Positions 1 through 8,578 of a DNA stretch of 64,000 nucleotides are shown piece by piece. A program made the translations under genes and the position numbers. The notes below the pieces were generated by a model. The model searched no databases. It was not told the origin of the DNA and saw only the letters and a list, made by a program, of their open reading frames with translations. Position 1 is the stretch's first letter. Each line of letters opens with the position of its first letter. Source of the DNA: Desulfarculia bacterium (GTDB lineage Bacteria; Desulfobacterota; Desulfarculia; Adiutricales; JAGVGV01); assembly GCA_963662445.1 (NCBI GenBank), contig OY759590.1, forward strand, positions 1,472,249 to 1,536,248. The letters run 5' to 3'.

Positions 1-426
1 GTTGCGTTCCGGCCTGCGGATCATGTTCCAGCCCACGTGAGGGACTTTGAGGACGCGGCCTTCATCATCCAGAGGCCTCTCGAACCCGGCCACCGAACCT
101 GAAATGAGGTCGAGCCCTCGATGCTGTCCGAATTCGCAGCTTTCCGACATCAGGAGCTGCTGGCCCAGGCATATCCCGAGCAAAGGTCTGCCCGCAGCGG
201 CTATATCCCGCAGAGGTGATACCAGATCAAGCCGGCGCAGGGTGTCCATGGCGTCGCCGAAAGCGCCCACGCCGGGCAGTATGACCGCGTCGGCCTGAAT
301 AACTTCCTCCCGGTCGGCCGTGATGAAGGCCTCAAGCCCCGCATGGCGGCAGGCCTGGAGGACGCTGAACAGATTGCCCAGGCTGTAGTCTATGATGGCT
401 GTTTGAATTCCCTGGTTGACTCGCAT
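1..426 (-). CDS. HisH-like glutamine amidotransferase (imidazole glycerol phosphate synthase subunit paralogue). The C-terminus runs off the left edge of the window.
   Basis: My translation from ATG at 426: MRVNQGIQTAIIDYSLGNLFSVLQACRHAGLEAFITADREEVIQADAVILPGVGAFGDAMDTL...LLGICLGQQLL. This contains the class-I amidotransferase GxCLGxQ motif. It starts 9 nt after the HisF-like stop codon. Confidence 0.8.
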   Translation of the reverse strand, partial: MRVNQGIQTAIIDYSLGNLFSVLQACRHAGLEAFITADREEVIQADAVILPGVGAFGDAMDTLRRLDLVSPLRDIAAAGRPLLGICLGQQLLMSESCEFGQHRGLDLISGSVAGFERPLDDEGRVLKVPHVGWNMIRRPERN

Positions 427-434
427 ATCCACCT

Positions 435-1289
435 CTAGTTCAGAGAGCGGCAGGGCAGACCGTTGGCCCCGAGAAAGGCTTTGAGCTCCCTCAGCCCGGT
501 TTCATGGATCTTGGAAAATCCCTTCCCGGTCTGAAGAAATTCGGTGTTGCCTTCGGCCGAGAAATCCTCGCCCACGAATAGTCCCTGTTTGACGCAATGG
601 TAATGCAGCAGGGAAGCCAGACAGACGGCGTCGGCCCGGCCGTCGCTGATAACTCTGTTCACGTGAGCCATTTCGCCCGCGCCTCCGGCGGCGATAACCG
701 GGATGGGGACGCTTGCGGCAATCCTTCTGGTCAGTTCCAGATCGAAGCCCTTCCCCGTACCCTCCTGGTTGATGGACGTGACCATCAACTCCCCCGCGCC
801 CAGTTCCGCCGCCCTGACGGCCCAGTTGAAGGCGTCCAGGCCGGTGGCTTCCCGCCCGAAATCCGTGTAGGCCTCGTAAGAACCGTCCGGGTGCCGTATG
901 GCTTCTATGGAGACGACAATGGTGGACGATCCGAAACTGCGGCTGGCCCGCCTGATGAGTTCGGGATCATTGACGGCGGCCGTGTTCAGGGAGACCTTGT
1001 CGGCCCCGGCCCGGAGCACTTCCCGGATGTCGTCCAGGGTGCGGAGCCCTCCGCCGACGGTCAACGGAATGAATATCTCGGCCGCGGTCCGGCGGATGAT
1101 ATCGGTCAGGCTGTTGCGGCCGTAAAGGCTGGCCACGGTATCCATGTAAATCAGCTCGTCCGCGCCTTGTTCGTAATAGTAGCGGGCGAAGTGTTCCGGC
1201 TTGCCCAGGACCCGGAGGCCTTCCATATGGATACCTTTGACCAGGTTGGGGCCTTTGATGTCCAGGCGGGGGATGATGCGCACGGTCAT
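435..1289 (-). CDS. HisF-like cyclase subunit (imidazole glycerol phosphate synthase paralogue, WbuZ-type, found in glycan clusters)
   Basis: 284 aa ORF. MTVRIIPRLDIKGPNLVKGIHMEGLRVLG...IPLTVGGGLRTLDDI...IPVIAAGGAG is typical of HisF TIM-barrel proteins. It overlaps the upstream gene by 4 nt. Confidence 0.85.
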   Translation of the reverse strand: MTVRIIPRLDIKGPNLVKGIHMEGLRVLGKPEHFARYYYEQGADELIYMDTVASLYGRNSLTDIIRRTAAEIFIPLTVGGGLRTLDDIREVLRAGADKVSLNTAAVNDPELIRRASRSFGSSTIVVSIEAIRHPDGSYEAYTDFGREATGLDAFNWAVRAAELGAGELMVTSINQEGTGKGFDLELTRRIAASVPIPVIAAGGAGEMAHVNRVISDGRADAVCLASLLHYHCVKQGLFVGEDFSAEGNTEFLQTGKGFSKIHETGLRELKAFLGANGLPCRSLN

Positions 1290-1963
1290 GCGAATGCCTC
1301 CGTCTGCATGTTTCTATCCTTGGTTTTTCCTTTCAGGTGGACGGCGGGCGTACCGGCGACGGTCAGGCCGTCGGGAACGTCCCGGATGACCACCGCCCCG
1401 GCTCCCACCAGGGCTCCGTCCCCGATGCGGATGCCTTGCCTGACGACCGCTCCGGCCCCGACATGGGCCATGGGGCCTACCTGGACGCCCCCGCAGAGCA
1501 CCGCGCCGGTGGCTATGTGGGCATGGTCGCCGATCCGGCAGTCATGCTCCACAACCGCCCCGGTGTTGATGATGACATTGTCGCCCAGGTCAGCCTCCGG
1601 ATTGACCACGGCGGCGGCGGCAATGATGACGCCCTTTCCCAATCTGCTTGAGCGGGCAACTACGGCCGTGGGATGGACAGCGGTTACCGGACTGAAACCG
1701 GCGGCCAGGATTTCTTCATACAACCTGACTCTCGGCCCTGCGTCTCCCACCGAACCCAAACCCACAAAGGCGTGTTCCACGCCTGACGTCCTCAGTTCCG
1801 GCATCAACTCGTCCCCGCCCAGAATCCCGATACCTCCGGCCTGGCTTCCCCAGAGACGGCTGTCCGTGTCCAGCAGTCCGATTATTTCCCAACCGCCGGT
1901 CAGGCGGAGGATATCCAGAATGACCTTGGCGTGGCCGCCCGCACCCAGACCGATAACTTTCAT
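1286..1963 (-). CDS. NeuD/PglD-family sugar N/O-acetyltransferase (left-handed beta-helix)
   Basis: 225 aa. The N-terminus has a Rossmann-like MKVIGLGAGGHAKV motif. The C-terminus has hexapeptide repeats (IGDHAHIATGAVLCGGVQVGPMAHVGAGAVV). ATGA overlaps at both ends. Confidence 0.8.
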   Translation of the reverse strand: MKVIGLGAGGHAKVILDILRLTGGWEIIGLLDTDSRLWGSQAGGIGILGGDELMPELRTSGVEHAFVGLGSVGDAGPRVRLYEEILAAGFSPVTAVHPTAVVARSSRLGKGVIIAAAAVVNPEADLGDNVIINTGAVVEHDCRIGDHAHIATGAVLCGGVQVGPMAHVGAGAVVRQGIRIGDGALVGAGAVVIRDVPDGLTVAGTPAVHLKGKTKDRNMQTEAFA

Positions 1964-3135
1964 CGTCCCCCTCCTTGCTTATCCGATGAGGGGTCGTGGA
2001 ATTTTTTGGCGGCCAGCTCGGCCGGATCTGCTTGGCGAAGGGCTTCGACTATTCTTTCCGCCGCGCATCCGTCGCCATAAGGGTTGTCCATACCGGAGAG
2101 CCGAGCCCGGAAATCCGATGAAACGGCCTTGTTCAGGGCGGCCTTTATGGCGTTACGCTCACCGGGCGCGTCTATGACGTTTTTCCCTCGGACCCTGCCT
2201 TGCTGCCGTGTTCCGACGTTGACCACGGGCAGTTCGAAAGAGGCTGCTTCTATTAGGCCCGAAGACGAATTACCGGCCATGGCCGCAACTCTGGACATCA
2301 GGGTGAAGTAGGCAGCTGTGCCCAGATGAGGGGCTACGGTCACGCCGGGGTGCTGGACGGCGAAAGTCTGAATCTTGGCTATAATGGCCCGTCCGCCCGC
2401 GTCGGCGTTGGGATAGGTGAAAACGAGCCGCAAGTCTGTTGCAGCCAGGGCGGCCAATAATTCGCCCAAGTCGGCCAGTCCTCCGTCAGGAGCCCTGGTG
2501 ACCGGGTGATAGGTGACCAGCAGGGTCGGCTTGGACAGGTCCAGACCGAAACGGCTGGCCAACTCCTGGTCGGAGAGGGGACTGAAATCTTTCAGATTGT
2601 CCAGGCCCGGTGCGCCTGAGACCGTCACCCGCCATGGTTCCTCGCCCAGTCGGCGGATGCGGGCCGCGTATTCTTCGGTGGCGGCGAAATGAAGGTGGCT
2701 CATTTTGGTCATGGCGTGGCGCAGGGCGTCATCCATGGCGCCTTCCGTGATCTCGCCCCCATGGATATGAGCCACGGGGATATTGAACGGCAGCGCGGCG
2801 GCCACGGCGGTGAACATCTCGAACCGGTCGCCCAGGACAAGGAGGATGTCCGGGCGTTTTTTTTCAAACGCTTGGGCGAAGCCGATGAGTCCCAGACCCA
2901 TGGATTTGGCCGTGCCCTGAGGTGTGTCCGAGGAGACAAGCATCTCTATCCGTTCGTGGATGGAAAAGCCTTCCGCTTCTATATCGCCTACGGTCAGGCC
3001 GAATTCGGGCGACAAGTGGGGACCGGCCGCGTACAGAAACAGCTCCAGCGCATCATCGGCCAGAATCCGCTTGATGATGGGACGATACAGGCCGAAATCG
3101 GCCCGCGAGGTGGTGACTACTCCTATGGTCTTCAT
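1960..3135 (-). CDS. neuC: UDP-N-acetylglucosamine 2-epimerase (hydrolysing), NeuC/LegG type
   Basis: 391 aa. MKTIGVVTTSRADFGLYRPI...HIHGGEITEGAMDD...LVTYHPVT are characteristic NeuC motifs. Confidence 0.85.
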   Translation of the reverse strand: MKTIGVVTTSRADFGLYRPIIKRILADDALELFLYAAGPHLSPEFGLTVGDIEAEGFSIHERIEMLVSSDTPQGTAKSMGLGLIGFAQAFEKKRPDILLVLGDRFEMFTAVAAALPFNIPVAHIHGGEITEGAMDDALRHAMTKMSHLHFAATEEYAARIRRLGEEPWRVTVSGAPGLDNLKDFSPLSDQELASRFGLDLSKPTLLVTYHPVTRAPDGGLADLGELLAALAATDLRLVFTYPNADAGGRAIIAKIQTFAVQHPGVTVAPHLGTAAYFTLMSRVAAMAGNSSSGLIEAASFELPVVNVGTRQQGRVRGKNVIDAPGERNAIKAALNKAVSSDFRARLSGMDNPYGDGCAAERIVEALRQADPAELAAKKFHDPSSDKQGGGR

Positions 3136-4190
3136 TCCAGGTCGCTCCAGGCCAGTATCTGGCCCTCAGCCAGGGGATGCCTGCTCCTCCGGCCGACAAT
3201 CTCGCCTGTCCGGACCGGAGAAATACCGTCGGCCGGCCGCAGGGCGGCCAGCATCTCCAACCCGATTGTTTCACCCTTGCCGATATGGCGGGCGGCGGTC
3301 AGGCTGCGCCGGACAACTACGCGGTTTTTTTCTTCCGAAGGGGCTGGCTCCTTGCGCCCGTGGCCCAGGGCTGCCTCCACGGTGCGGACGGTCCTCACCA
3401 GTTCCCGCAACTCGCCGGGTTCGAGCGAGGCCTGGTGGTCCGGTCCCGGCAGTTGCCTGTCCAGGGTGAAGTGCTTTTCGATGATGCAGGCCCCTAAAGC
3501 CGTTGCGGCGGCGGCCACGGCCAGCCCCGAGGTATGGTCGGAATACCCTACCGGAACCTGGAACGCCGCCGCCATTAACTCCATGGCCCTCAGATTCACC
3601 TGGGCCGGGTCGGCCGGGTAATCTGTCAGGCAATGCAAAAGAGCCAATTCGCCGCAACCGGAGCGGCGGAGAACCCGGACCGCTTCGTCCACTTCGCTCA
3701 GATAAGACAGTCCCGTGGACAGAATGACCGGCTTGTTCTGTTGGGCCACATGCTCCAGTAAGGGCCAGTTGGTTATCTCGCCGGAAGCTATTTTGAAGGC
3801 CGGGACATCCAGGGCGGCCAGAAGGTCCACTGATTCACGGTCAAAAGGCGTGGAAAGAAAGACCAATCCCCGGCTGGAGCAGTATCCGGCCAGTCCGGCA
3901 AAATCTTCGGCCGACAGCTCCAGGTTCTCCAGCATGGTCAACTGTGACTCGCCTGAACTTGCGGCTTTTTGCTGGTATTCGGCCTTGGGCGCGGCGGCTC
4001 CCGCCACCAGAGAGGCCTTGAAGGTCTGGAACTTGACCGCATTAGCTCCGGCGTCTATGGCTGCGTCCACCAGGCGTCTGGCCATTTCAACGTCGCCGTT
4101 GTGATTGACCCCGGCCTCGGCAATGATGAAACAGGGCAGGCCCGGACCGATCAGGCGTCCGCCTAGGTTAATTATTGTTTCGGTTCCCAT
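3132..4190 (-). CDS. neuB: N-acetylneuraminate / legionaminate synthase (NeuB family with a C-terminal SAF domain)
   Basis: 352 aa. PCFIIAEAGVNHNGDVEMARRLVDAAIDAGANAVKFQTFKA and the YSDHT motif. Confidence 0.9.
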   Translation of the reverse strand: MGTETIINLGGRLIGPGLPCFIIAEAGVNHNGDVEMARRLVDAAIDAGANAVKFQTFKASLVAGAAAPKAEYQQKAASSGESQLTMLENLELSAEDFAGLAGYCSSRGLVFLSTPFDRESVDLLAALDVPAFKIASGEITNWPLLEHVAQQNKPVILSTGLSYLSEVDEAVRVLRRSGCGELALLHCLTDYPADPAQVNLRAMELMAAAFQVPVGYSDHTSGLAVAAAATALGACIIEKHFTLDRQLPGPDHQASLEPGELRELVRTVRTVEAALGHGRKEPAPSEEKNRVVVRRSLTAARHIGKGETIGLEMLAALRPADGISPVRTGEIVGRRSRHPLAEGQILAWSDLE

Positions 4191-4905
4191 TGTTCAGCAC
4201 CAGTTCAGCCAACTGAAAGTCCAGGTAATTGTCTATATCCAGGGAACGTTCCGGAGGCATGACATAGGCCAGGGTCTTGTCTCCGTACCAGGTTTCCTTT
4301 TCCAGGACCAGGTCAAGCCTGGTCAGGTATACAGCTCCGTTCAAGGCGTAAACCGGTTCGAGTTCCTGGCGGCGGGAAGCCGACCCGGAACCGGGCAGGA
4401 AGTCCTTCATTCGGCCGTCGGAATCCAGAACCTTCATCCAGGCCGGATGGTCTTCTACCGGCGCGACGCTTATCACGGCGTCAGCTTCCTTTCCCGCCGC
4501 CAGCCGGATTGCTTCTTCCAGATCGGAGCTGGTCCGCAAAGGGCTGGTCGGCTGGAGAAGCATGACGTAATCCGGCCGGTAACCCTGGTTTTCTTCCAGC
4601 CATCTGATGGCGTGGATGACAGCCTTGATGGTCGGCGTTGCGTCGTCGGCCAGTTCGGCCGGCCTCATGAACGGGGTGTCCGCGCCCCAGGTCCGGGCGG
4701 TTCCGGCTATCTCCTGGTCGTCCGTGGACACAATCACCCGGTCCAGCCAGCGGCAGCCCAAAGCGGCCTGAATTGTCCAGGCGATCAGAGGCTTGCCGGC
4801 CAAAGGCCGGATGTTTTTGCCCGGCAGACCCTTGGAGCCTCCCCGGGCGGGGATGACACCAAGTATGCGCCCCAGCGGCGTTTTGTTATCGGTTGTGCGG
4901 CTCAT
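4168..4905 (-). CDS. neuA: Acylneuraminate cytidylyltransferase (CMP-nonulosonate synthetase)
   Basis: 245 aa. GVIPARGGSKGLPGKNIRPLAGKPLIAWTI is the CMP-sugar synthetase P-loop-like motif. It overlaps neuB by 23 nt. Confidence 0.85.
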   Translation of the reverse strand: MSRTTDNKTPLGRILGVIPARGGSKGLPGKNIRPLAGKPLIAWTIQAALGCRWLDRVIVSTDDQEIAGTARTWGADTPFMRPAELADDATPTIKAVIHAIRWLEENQGYRPDYVMLLQPTSPLRTSSDLEEAIRLAAGKEADAVISVAPVEDHPAWMKVLDSDGRMKDFLPGSGSASRRQELEPVYALNGAVYLTRLDLVLEKETWYGDKTLAYVMPPERSLDIDNYLDFQLAELVLNNGNRNNN

Positions 4906-5264
4906 ATACGTTCCCGCGTCAAAAAATCGGCGACAACCGCCCGGACGGCTTCAGCCACCCGGCGGGCCAGCAGGTCCAGTTTTTCTTCACTGGAGACCGG
5001 TTCTGGAAGCGAGCCGTTAAGGTCGAAAGTGGTCCTTATCTCGGCCAGGCTCAGTCCCTGTTGCCTCAGACTGCATACGGCGGACAGCAATTCCACATTC
5101 TCCTCCGTATAGCGCCTTTGCCCGCCCGGGGTGCGTAGAGGCACTATGAGCCCGTCGAACTCCTTTTCCCAGAAACGGAGAGTATGCGTGGTCACGTCAA
5201 GCCTGCGGCTGACCTGCTGAATGGTCAGTAACTCTTTATTATCCCGCCCTGGTGTTGCCCTCAA
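4902..5264 (-). CDS. MerR-family transcriptional regulator, first gene of the nonulosonate operon
   Basis: 120 aa. LLTIQQVSRRLDVTTHTLRFWEKEFDGLIVPLRTPGGQRRYTEENV is a MerR-type HTH. TTG start with AGGAGG 7 nt upstream. 4 nt overlap with neuA. Confidence 0.75.
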   Translation of the reverse strand: MRATPGRDNKELLTIQQVSRRLDVTTHTLRFWEKEFDGLIVPLRTPGGQRRYTEENVELLSAVCSLRQQGLSLAEIRTTFDLNGSLPEPVSSEEKLDLLARRVAEAVRAVVADFLTRERI

Positions 5265-5329
5265 ACTCCGGCCTCCTGTGCTTCTTATCGAAAAACTTAG
5301 GGCGAACTTTAAACTCTAAAGTTTACTAA

Positions 5330-5344
5330 GCAATTAGCATGCCA
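5330..5344 (-). promoter_or_regulatory. Candidate sigma-54 (-24/-12) promoter for the merR-neuABC operon
   Basis: The minus strand reads TGGCATgctaaTTGCT, against the consensus TGGCAC-N5-TTGCW. It lies about 64 nt upstream of the TTG start at 5264. Confidence 0.45.
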
Positions 5345-5778
5345 CGCTCTTGTTTGGTTTAAAAACAGTAAAAACAGCATGTTGTATTTGGGATGCTCCG
5401 CCAGGGCGGTTAGATTTGCCAGCGGTTTGACGGTTGAAGTTGAATTTTTTGCCGACCTTCAGAATAAGACCGGAGCTGTTTTGGGGGACGGGAAAAGGGT
5501 GGGGCTTTTTGGTTGCTAAGGCGCCTGTGTAATAGTATCATGGCCGAATTCTGAAATGGAGATATGCATAAATTATATGCAAATCAGTCGGTTAACGAGA
5601 ATGATGCCTCGATGTCCTTTTTTTTCGGCGCAAAATAGCTCCGGCGGCCATCCGCTCCGGTGCTGTTTCCGGCTATCCTCACCGGTCAACCGTTAAGTCC
5701 ACTCTCCAACCGAATGAGTGAAAAATAACCGGGGTTTCGTCCCCATGACACGCTGTCATCAGGTTTTGGAAAAAACAA

Positions 5779-6465
5779 ATGCTGCTGCCCGTTGGAACAC
5801 TGACAAATACAGCCGCCATAATCGTCGGCAGCCTCCTCGGCTTGCTCCTCGGACGCCGTTTCCCCGAGAACATCAAAAATATCGTCTTCCAGGGGTTGGG
5901 GTTGTCTGTCCTGCTGATCGGTATGCAGATGGCCTTCAAGTGCCAGCACCCTCTGATTCTTGTCTTCAGCATCATCCTGGGCGGGATTGCCGGAGAACTC
6001 CTCAAGCTGGAAGACTTCTTCGCCAGCCTGGGCGACCGCCTCAAAAAGAAGATCAGAAGCCGTAACGAGGCCTTCACCCAAGGCCTGATTACCGCTTCGC
6101 TCATCTTCTGCGTCGGCTCCATGGCCATCATCGGCTCCTTTGACGAAGGGCTCCGCGGCGACCACACCCTGCTCTTGACCAAGGCTATCCTGGACGGTTT
6201 CATGTCCATCGCCCTGGCTTCCAGCTACGGTACCGGCGTCATCTTCTCCGCCGTCCCCGTCTTTCTCTATCAGTTCGGCCTGACCCTCTTTGCCGCCCAG
6301 TTCCGGGAAGCTTTTTCCCCGGTGATGATCAATGAACTGACTGCTGTGGGCGGCCTGTTAATCCTGGGCATAGGCATAAACGTTCTGCAACTGACCTATA
6401 TCAAGATCGGCAATCTTCTGCCTTCATTGCTGGCAGTGATCTTTCTGGTCGCTGTCTTTCTCTGA
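5779..6465 (+). CDS. DUF554 (YqgA-like) integral membrane protein
   Basis: 228 aa. MLLPVGTLTNTAAIIVGSLLGLLLGRRFPENIKNIVFQGLGLSVLLIGMQMAFK...LFCVGSMAIIGSFDEGLRGDHTLLLTKAILDGFMSI matches the DUF554 pattern. Confidence 0.85.
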   Translation: MLLPVGTLTNTAAIIVGSLLGLLLGRRFPENIKNIVFQGLGLSVLLIGMQMAFKCQHPLILVFSIILGGIAGELLKLEDFFASLGDRLKKKIRSRNEAFTQGLITASLIFCVGSMAIIGSFDEGLRGDHTLLLTKAILDGFMSIALASSYGTGVIFSAVPVFLYQFGLTLFAAQFREAFSPVMINELTAVGGLLILGIGINVLQLTYIKIGNLLPSLLAVIFLVAVFL

Positions 6466-6555
6466 GGCGGCGACAGGCTTGTATTAAGGAAAACAATTTC
6501 TGTAAAATAATCGGCGCCATCTTGACTGCGCCGAAAGCTTTTGAGGTTATATGAT

Positions 6556-7101
6556 ATGAAAAGAGTCGTTGTTTCCATTCTTGGTGAAGACCGGCCGGGC
6601 ATTGTTCATGCCGTTGCGGCCGCTATGAGCGACGTCTCGTGCAATATAAGAGAAGTCAGCCAGACCATTCTGCAAACTGAATTCGCCGCCATAATCGTGG
6701 CCGATATCCCCGGCTCGATCACCCCTGCCCAGGTCCGGGAGCGCCTGGCCCTGGACCTCACCCCCATGGGACTGACCGTGGCCATTAAGGATTTCAAGGC
6801 CGCGACTCCGGCCGTCATCGACGGAGAACCCTTCGTCATTACCCTGCGCGGCAACGATCAGCAGGGCATGATTGCCGCCTTCAGCGGCGTTATCGCCGGT
6901 TTTGGCGTCAATATTGTCAATCTCAAGGCCATATCGCGCAAAGACGAACCGACCCAGGTGGTCATCGTTTTTGAAGTCGATGTACCCCAGGATGTGGAAA
7001 GGATGGCCTTCCGCCAGGCCCTCCGTTTCAAGGCCGAGGAGCTCGGTGTGGAAATCAGCGTCCAGCACCGGGACATCTTCGAAGCCATTCACCGTATTTA
7101 A
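6556..7101 (+). CDS. Tandem ACT-domain protein (GcvR/UPF0237-like), partner of UPF0210
   Basis: MKRVVVSILGEDRPGIVHAVAAAMSDVSCNIREVSQTIL is followed by a second ACT-like repeat (FVITLRGNDQQGMIAAFSGVIAGFGVNIVNL). I chose ATG at 6556. The ORF is open from TTG at 6541. Confidence 0.75.
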   Translation: MKRVVVSILGEDRPGIVHAVAAAMSDVSCNIREVSQTILQTEFAAIIVADIPGSITPAQVRERLALDLTPMGLTVAIKDFKAATPAVIDGEPFVITLRGNDQQGMIAAFSGVIAGFGVNIVNLKAISRKDEPTQVVIVFEVDVPQDVERMAFRQALRFKAEELGVEISVQHRDIFEAIHRI

Positions 7102-7138
7102 TTTTTTGAGCCATGTTTGACGAAAGAGAGAAACAGCC

Positions 7139-8512
7139 ATGCTAACCGACCGGGAAGTCATCAGCACCCTGGAAATGCTCAAGAACGAGCACTTGGACGT
7201 CCGGGCCGTAACCTTGGGCATAAGCCTTTTTGATTGCGCCAGCGACGACTTTGAACGTTTCACCGCCAGAATATTCAACAAAATAATCCGCTTGTCGAAA
7301 AACCTTGTCTCCTTCTGCAACGACGTAGGAGATAAATACGGGATTCCCGTCGTCAACAAGCGCATCTCCCTCAGCCCCATCGGCGTGGTGGGTGCGCCCT
7401 TCAACAGCGACCAGATGGTCAAGATAGCCGGAGTCCTCGACCGGGCGGCCAAGGAAGTCGGCGTTGATTTTGTCGGCGGTTTCGGCGCACTGGTGGAAAA
7501 AGGCGCGGCCCGCGGCGACCTGGCCCTCATCAAAGCCATACCCCAGGCCCTGGCCGAAACAGACCGGGTATGTTCATCGGTCAATGTGGCCTCCTCCCGC
7601 GCCGGAATCAATATGGACGCCGTGGCCCTGATGGGCCGCACCATAAAGGACGCCGCCGCACGCTCCGCCGACCGGGACGGACTGGCCTGCGCCAAGCTGG
7701 TCATCTTTGCCAATATCCCGCAGGATGTTCCCTTCATGGCCGGAGCCTACCTTGGCGTTGGAGAGCCTGACGCCGTGATCAACGTGGGCGTCAGCGGACC
7801 CGGAGTGGTCAAGAAGGCCATCGACCGGGCCATGGCCGGGGAAGGCAAACGCACCCTTGGCGATCTGGCTGAAGTCATCAAGCACACCGCTTTCAAGGTC
7901 ACCAGGGTCGGTGAGATAATCGGCCGTGAAGTCGCCGGACATCTGGGCGTCCCCTTCGGAGTGGTCGACCTTTCCCTGGCCCCTTCGCCCCAGATCGGCG
8001 ATTCCGTGGGCGAAATATTCCAGAGCCTCGGCCTGGCCTGCATCGGTGCGCCAGGCTCCACCGCCGTCCTGGCCATGCTCAACGACGCCGTCAAAAAAGG
8101 CGGGGCCTTTGCCAGCTCCCACGTCGGCGGGCTCTCAGGAGCTTTCATCCCGGTCAGCGAAGACCTCAATATCGCCGAAGCCGCCGGAGCCGGCCGCCTG
8201 TCCCTGGAAAAACTCGAAGCCATGACCTCGGTCTGTTCCGTCGGACTGGACATGGTCCCCATACCCGGCGATACCTCGGCCGAAACCATCGCCGCCATCA
8301 TCGCCGACGAAATGGCCATCGGGATGGTCAATCATAAGACCACGGCCGTCAGGGTCATCCCCGTGCCCGGTAAAAAAGCCGGTGACTTGGTTTCCTTCGG
8401 CGGACTGCTCGGAGAAGGCACCATCATGCCGGTGCGCAACGAGCTGAATGTGGAGCAGTTCATCAACCTGGGCGGCCGCATTCCCGCCCCCATCCACAGC
8501 CTGAAAAACTGA
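7139..8512 (+). CDS. UPF0210 / DUF711 family protein
   Basis: 457 aa. Long near-identities to the family as I remember it: VRAVTLGISL, IPVVNKRISLSP, VDFVGGFGALV, DRVCSSVNV, GVSGPGVV, GGLSGAFIPVSED, SVGLDM, TTAVRVIP, RIPAPIHSLKN. Confidence 0.9.
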   Translation: MLTDREVISTLEMLKNEHLDVRAVTLGISLFDCASDDFERFTARIFNKIIRLSKNLVSFCNDVGDKYGIPVVNKRISLSPIGVVGAPFNSDQMVKIAGVLDRAAKEVGVDFVGGFGALVEKGAARGDLALIKAIPQALAETDRVCSSVNVASSRAGINMDAVALMGRTIKDAAARSADRDGLACAKLVIFANIPQDVPFMAGAYLGVGEPDAVINVGVSGPGVVKKAIDRAMAGEGKRTLGDLAEVIKHTAFKVTRVGEIIGREVAGHLGVPFGVVDLSLAPSPQIGDSVGEIFQSLGLACIGAPGSTAVLAMLNDAVKKGGAFASSHVGGLSGAFIPVSEDLNIAEAAGAGRLSLEKLEAMTSVCSVGLDMVPIPGDTSAETIAAIIADEMAIGMVNHKTTAVRVIPVPGKKAGDLVSFGGLLGEGTIMPVRNELNVEQFINLGGRIPAPIHSLKN

Positions 8513-8547
8513 TTATCCCCGGCTGAACAAGCCGCTGTCCGCTCAAA

Positions 8548-8571
8548 AAGCCGCCCCCTCCGGGGCGGCTT
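8548..8571 (+). terminator. GC-rich hairpin downstream of the UPF0210 gene (possible terminator, no clear U-tract)
   Basis: AAGCCGCCCC-ctcc-GGGGCGGCTT, a perfect 10 bp stem, 36 nt after the stop codon. Confidence 0.4.
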
Positions 8572-8578
8572 CCAGACT

